Source: an uncultured Planctomycetaceae bacterium
GTDB taxonomy: Bacteria; Planctomycetota; Planctomycetia; Pirellulales; Thermoguttaceae
Assembly (NCBI GenBank): GCA_964576215.1
Contig: CAZNVM010000142.1
Span: forward strand, 1 to 47,304
DNA: 47,304 nt
Direction: 5' to 3'
Made by a program: the position numbers and the translations under genes. This document shows positions 44,163 to 47,304 of the stretch, one piece after another (position 1 is the first letter of the stretch; every line of letters starts with the position of its first letter). Below the pieces are notes generated by a model. The model saw nothing but the letters and a program-made list of their open reading frames with translations, did no database searches and was not told the origin of the DNA.

Positions 44163-44751
44163 CTTCATTGACAACTTTTAGCTCGGTCCAAAATCGATTG
44201 TCGTATGGTGTCATTACGCCTTCGATTCGCCAATAGGCACCATCAGGAAACCGGAGTTGATCACCGGTACGAAAATCAACCGGCGTCCGAACCGCAATCC
44301 GCCGTGACTCGACGCCGTCCGAAATTATCGTTTCGGAAAATTTTGCCGGAATCCCCGAGCGGACGAGAAACCAACGGTATTCGAGCGTGCCGGATTTTGC
44401 CGGTTCGCCCCGTTTGCGGAACAGGTCGACGTACTCGTCCAGTCCGAACGTGGCGTCAAATCGATAGGAAACGCACCGCACCGTTCCGGTCAATTCGGTG
44501 TATTCGATTTTCGTAACGATCCAGCGGTTCGCTTTCGCGTCGAGGATTTCATCTCCGGTGTTGACCTCGGCTTGCGGAAGGTGCCACGTCGTCCAATGGT
44601 AGGGTATCAATCGGTTTTCGCGACGTTTATCCTGCTCCTTCGTCCTTCGGGCAAGCGCACCGGTGATACCATCGTATCGATCCGAGCCGGGCCGATGAAG
44701 GACGACGTCTTCGACGCCGTCCGCAATTTCGAGCGTATTGTCGTTAAACAT
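44131..44751 (-). CDS. phage head-tail joining (head-closure)-like protein, apparent tandem duplication (inference)
   Basis: 206-aa ORF. Both halves end in a GD.(I/L)....(R/Y)W.I..(I/V) pattern (GDEILDAKANRWIVTKIE and GDQLRFPDGAYWRIEGV). The last 10 codons and the stop lie in the repeat arm. Confidence 0.55.
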   Translation of the reverse strand: MFNDNTLEIADGVEDVVLHRPGSDRYDGITGALARRTKEQDKRRENRLIPYHWTTWHLPQAEVNTGDEILDAKANRWIVTKIEYTELTGTVRCVSYRFDATFGLDEYVDLFRKRGEPAKSGTLEYRWFLVRSGIPAKFSETIISDGVESRRIAVRTPVDFRTGDQLRFPDGAYWRIEGVMTPYDNRFWTELKVVNEVGSRQTADGR

Positions 44752-44772
44752 TGCAATTTATGTGTCAAAATT

Positions 44773-44805
44773 CTGTTGTCTGCCGTCTGTCATCTGTCAT
44801 CTGAC
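44773..44805. repeat. single arm of CTGCCGT/CTGTCAT heptamer repeat
   Basis: ctgttgtctgccgtctgtcatctgtcatctgac. It overlaps the stop region of the 72-aa gene. Confidence 0.75.
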
Positions 44806-45015
44806 GAATCCTTGCGAAATTGCGCAACCGGGATTTTCGGCATTGATCATCCGGTCACACCACGAAACCGTTTCCCGAAGCGTCTTCAAATAATCGTTCC
44901 AGGAAACCGACTGTCCGTCGATATCATACGACGGTTTCGGCTCGGCGGTGATCTCGGCAATTCTCGCAAGTGTTTGCGAACGAATGGTTTGTAGTTGGTC
45001 TAATGAGTCAGTCAT
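44797..45015 (-). CDS. small phage-associated protein
   Basis: 72-aa ORF directly after the capsid gene. It is helical and charged (LDQLQTIRSQTLARIAEI...SYDIDGQSVSWNDYLKTLRE), a pattern often seen in small head-completion proteins. Confidence 0.5.
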   Translation of the reverse strand: MTDSLDQLQTIRSQTLARIAEITAEPKPSYDIDGQSVSWNDYLKTLRETVSWCDRMINAENPGCAISQGFVR

Positions 45016-45018
45016 ATA

Positions 45019-45110
45019 AAAATGAGAAATGAGAAATAGGGAATGAGAAATGTGAAAAGGAAGTGGAAATCGAAAAGTCGTTTCTCATTTCTCATTTCAC
45101 ATTTCTCATT
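45019..45110. repeat. heptamer-repeat hairpin (GAGAAAT units)
   Basis: aaaatgagaaatgagaaatagggaatgagaaatgtgaaaagg ... gtttctcatttctcatttcacatttctcatt. The right arm is nearly identical to the one at 5346-5377. Confidence 0.9.
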
Positions 45111-45113
45111 AAA

Positions 45114-46280
45114 CTAAGCGGTACACTTCACAACGTATCGCGGATTGATGACCGCCGGTGTGCCGCGTTCGCTGGCTTTGAACCGGACCACGATGTCCTG
45201 CGTGAAATCCGCTTCGCTGCCGAGCGGTGATTGCGTAACGGTAATCGGCCAGTTCTCCATGTAGGCAAACGCCTTTTGGAAGTTGCCGAGAAACCAGTAT
45301 CCCGCCGCATTGGTCGCTGTGACGCCACTATCGAGAAGACGCCGGTAAGCCAACCGGCTTGCCACGACCTTGTAACGGGTATACGGATTCGGAATCGCCG
45401 ACATGGTCGTTTCGCCGGAAGCGGAATAGGATACTTCCGACGCATGGAACAAGCGGTGCGCGATACCACGCTTTTGCGGCATCACAAGCACGGCGTCCGG
45501 CTCCACCAAAATCGGGTCTTTCGTCATGGGATCAAGCATGTTGGCGAAGAGATTCTCCGCTTTTTCCAGGCTTTCCCAACCGACGAGTGGGTTTGACGCC
45601 ACCGCATTGATGTAAGGATCGTTCGTCCCGGTGCAATAGGTGTTGTAGGCGTTCCCTTTCCATTTGAAGGTATTGGTGATACCAAGCACGACGTCGAGAA
45701 TCCGCTTTTCCTTGTTGATGGCAAGCACTTCACCGACCTCGGCGGCACGACTCAAAATGAGGTGCGTCCGGTCGAAGAAAATCGCCTCTTTCGTTACCGG
45801 AACGATCAAACCGTGCTTTCTCGTGTTCGGCGTCTCCACGTAATCCTCGGAAAATCCGACGTTCGGGTACGGCATCCCGGGATGGATCGAACGTGCGGTA
45901 TCAGCAATTCCGGTCGTGCCGGGAATCTTTTCGCCGTCAAGCCGCGTTGAGATCGTTTCGACCAGTTTGGACAGAGCAAACGCCTCCCGATTGTACGACT
46001 CGAGAATCTTGTTGTAAATGATCTGACTTGTGACACCAAGGAACGCCGTCGGGTCGATCCCCTCACCTTCCAGCAAAACGGTGCCACTTCCCGACCGGGG
46101 ATCAAGTTCCCGAATCCAATGGTGGCCGCCTGGTATCAACGCCTCGGCAAGCTCGCGGATACTGAAATCCTCGCCTCGCAACTCCTTTTTCGAGAGTGCC
46201 TCGCTCAGATGCCGGATCGTTTTTTCCGCACCGTCCGATTCGAAACGCTTTCGTAATTCCCTGTATTTGATTGTACTCAC
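45114..46280 (-). CDS. phage major capsid protein (HK97-fold, lambda E / decoration-partnered type, inference)
   Basis: ORF of about 388 aa. The likely start is GTG at 46280, with AAGGAGA 6 nt upstream (the track starts at TTG 46298). Size, position after a decoration-like gene and overall pattern fit a major capsid protein. Confidence 0.7.
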   Translation of the reverse strand: MSTIKYRELRKRFESDGAEKTIRHLSEALSKKELRGEDFSIRELAEALIPGGHHWIRELDPRSGSGTVLLEGEGIDPTAFLGVTSQIIYNKILESYNREAFALSKLVETISTRLDGEKIPGTTGIADTARSIHPGMPYPNVGFSEDYVETPNTRKHGLIVPVTKEAIFFDRTHLILSRAAEVGEVLAINKEKRILDVVLGITNTFKWKGNAYNTYCTGTNDPYINAVASNPLVGWESLEKAENLFANMLDPMTKDPILVEPDAVLVMPQKRGIAHRLFHASEVSYSASGETTMSAIPNPYTRYKVVASRLAYRRLLDSGVTATNAAGYWFLGNFQKAFAYMENWPITVTQSPLGSEADFTQDIVVRFKASERGTPAVINPRYVVKCTA

Positions 46281-46334
46281 TGTTGTTCTCCTTGTCAATT
46301 GAAATGGTGAAAGATGATGTGAAAGGTGTCACAA

Positions 46335-46796
46335 TTAGCTGATGCCGCCTTCCGTGATTTTCGACTTGATATTGACGAGAATCGTGTTTGACGCCACCGG
46401 TTCACGTCGGACGACCCGTCCGAACGCTCCGCCTGCCGCCGCCGTATCGACCTGTTGATTGTACAAACCGACCCGTCCCGGCAACTCCTCAACCCCGATA
46501 TAGTCACCGAGATTGAAGGTTTTGGGAGCGGTGTCAAACTCGAACACCCCGGTCGTTGCCACCCGGATCGAAGTCGCCTCGCCCAACGGACTCGCCTGCA
46601 TCGCAACACCGAGAAATTTCCCGGCGAACGCCGATTGATTCAACGCCTTCGTCGTTTGGTTCGGCTGACTGGAAGCCGGTTTGACACTATCCGAGTCGTA
46701 AAAAACAAGGTCGCCGATTTCGACCGCAACCGTGTTCGGAACAAGCCCGACGACCGGATTGGTCTCGCCGTAACGCCAACGCATTTTGTCTGCCAT
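46335..46796 (-). CDS. head decoration / DUF2190-like protein (inference)
   Basis: 153-aa ORF with AGGAGA 6 nt upstream of the ATG. The GDLV...GVA...G....V...GVFEF pattern resembles DUF2190 capsid-decoration proteins. Confidence 0.6.
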   Translation of the reverse strand: MADKMRWRYGETNPVVGLVPNTVAVEIGDLVFYDSDSVKPASSQPNQTTKALNQSAFAGKFLGVAMQASPLGEATSIRVATTGVFEFDTAPKTFNLGDYIGVEELPGRVGLYNQQVDTAAAGGAFGRVVRREPVASNTILVNIKSKITEGGIS

Positions 46797-46851
46797 AATG
46801 TTTCTCCTGTGAAAAATTGTTGATTACAAAGTTAATAAACGGATTTTCCGA

Positions 46852-47178
46852 TTACCGATTTCCTGTGTCCGTGATCGCCTCGAGGAAAGATCGCCGGTCC
46901 GATTTCGATTCAAACGGGAGACCGGCGATACTTGTTGGTGTCACGGATTTGTCGCCGACGTGTTCTTTGATGCGTCGCACAAGGTCGAGACGATCTTCCA
47001 CCAGACGCCGGATTTCCTCCTCTCCCAAACAGCGATAAACCATTTCCAGGAAAGGGGTTCGGAAAAAGGAAACGTAACGACACTCTTCCTCCGTAACACC
47101 GGAAAACACCAGTTCGGCAAGGAGTTGCAATGCGGCAACCTTCCTGCAAAGAGCTTCATTTTCACGCCTCCTCACCAA
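46852..47178 (-). CDS. hypothetical protein (first gene of the phage-derived cluster in view)
   Basis: 108-aa helical ORF with an uncertain start (TTG 47178 or GTG 47175). A competing 74-aa frame (46941-47165) has a better SD site but an implausible composition. Confidence 0.4.
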   Translation of the reverse strand: MVRRRENEALCRKVAALQLLAELVFSGVTEEECRYVSFFRTPFLEMVYRCLGEEEIRRLVEDRLDLVRRIKEHVGDKSVTPTSIAGLPFESKSDRRSFLEAITDTGNR

Positions 47179-47304
47179 AATCTGTGGGTGGTTTTTTAGT
47201 AAAATGAAGCTAACTGCTTTTGTATCAAATACTTACAACTGTTTTTGTGGCCGAGAAAGTGAGGTTCAAATTTGACAGATATTTCCAGATGTACTATTTC
47301 GATA

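Larger units (their letters stand above)
42761..47178 (-). mobile_element. phage-derived head-neck gene cluster (cryptic or domesticated; no tail, lysis or integration genes in view)
   Basis: Seven co-oriented genes, including a decoration-like protein, an HK97-type major capsid protein and neck-like proteins. Host-type heptamer repeats fill the gaps. The right end runs to within 126 nt of the window edge. Confidence 0.6.

Noticed and set aside
46941-47165. 74-aa alternative frame with a good GAGGAGG-N7-ATG site at the head of the phage-like cluster
   Set aside because: The Trp/Cys-rich composition is implausible and it overlaps the more protein-like 108-aa frame. It is kept as a caveat on that gene's start.
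47179-47304. AT-rich terminal 126 nt as promoter of the phage-like operon
   Set aside because: No convincing -35/-10 pair was found on the minus strand (TTGATA-N17-ATTTTA is poor). The window ends here, so upstream genes cannot be excluded.

Overview
This is a chromosomal window that looks planctomycete-like (PVC group). The reasons are a large secreted protein starting with the 'LETLEAREVLA' leader motif, a PEP-CTERM protein carrying Pmp-type GGAI/FxxN repeats, few Shine-Dalgarno sites and many TTG/GTG starts. Housekeeping content: gatB; a split fatty-acid synthesis cluster (rpmF-fabD ... fabG-acpP-fabF) with a ParE-type toxin-antitoxin pair and a DUF2442 gene inserted in it; glgA and glgX; rsmA; lysA; a UPF0210 gene; a RhaT-family symporter; thiS; and a squalene/phytoene synthase. 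Six things stand out. (1) A four-gene operon (25910-33408) is headed by a PilM-PilN (GspL-like) fusion and followed by three large proteins with no recognisable family. No pilus or secretion ATPase, platform, pilin or secretin is nearby. This is my best candidate for an undescribed envelope system. (2) A phage-derived head-neck operon (42761-47178) encodes a decoration-like protein, an HK97-type capsid protein and neck-like proteins. No tail, lysis or integration genes are in view, and its intergenic gaps carry host-type repeats. (3) A pervasive family of intergenic hairpins is built from tandem heptanucleotide units (8 unit types, at least 14 loci), together with two conserved 40-55 nt modules. 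(4) A palindromic element with a 30-bp stem occurs in 5 copies and shows a compensatory stem change. (5) A G12 tract separates the signal peptide from the body of the Pmp/PEP-CTERM gene, so it is out of frame as sequenced. (6) A 1128-aa giant flagellin sits alone. Long antisense ORFs in the six-frame track are treated as shadows.
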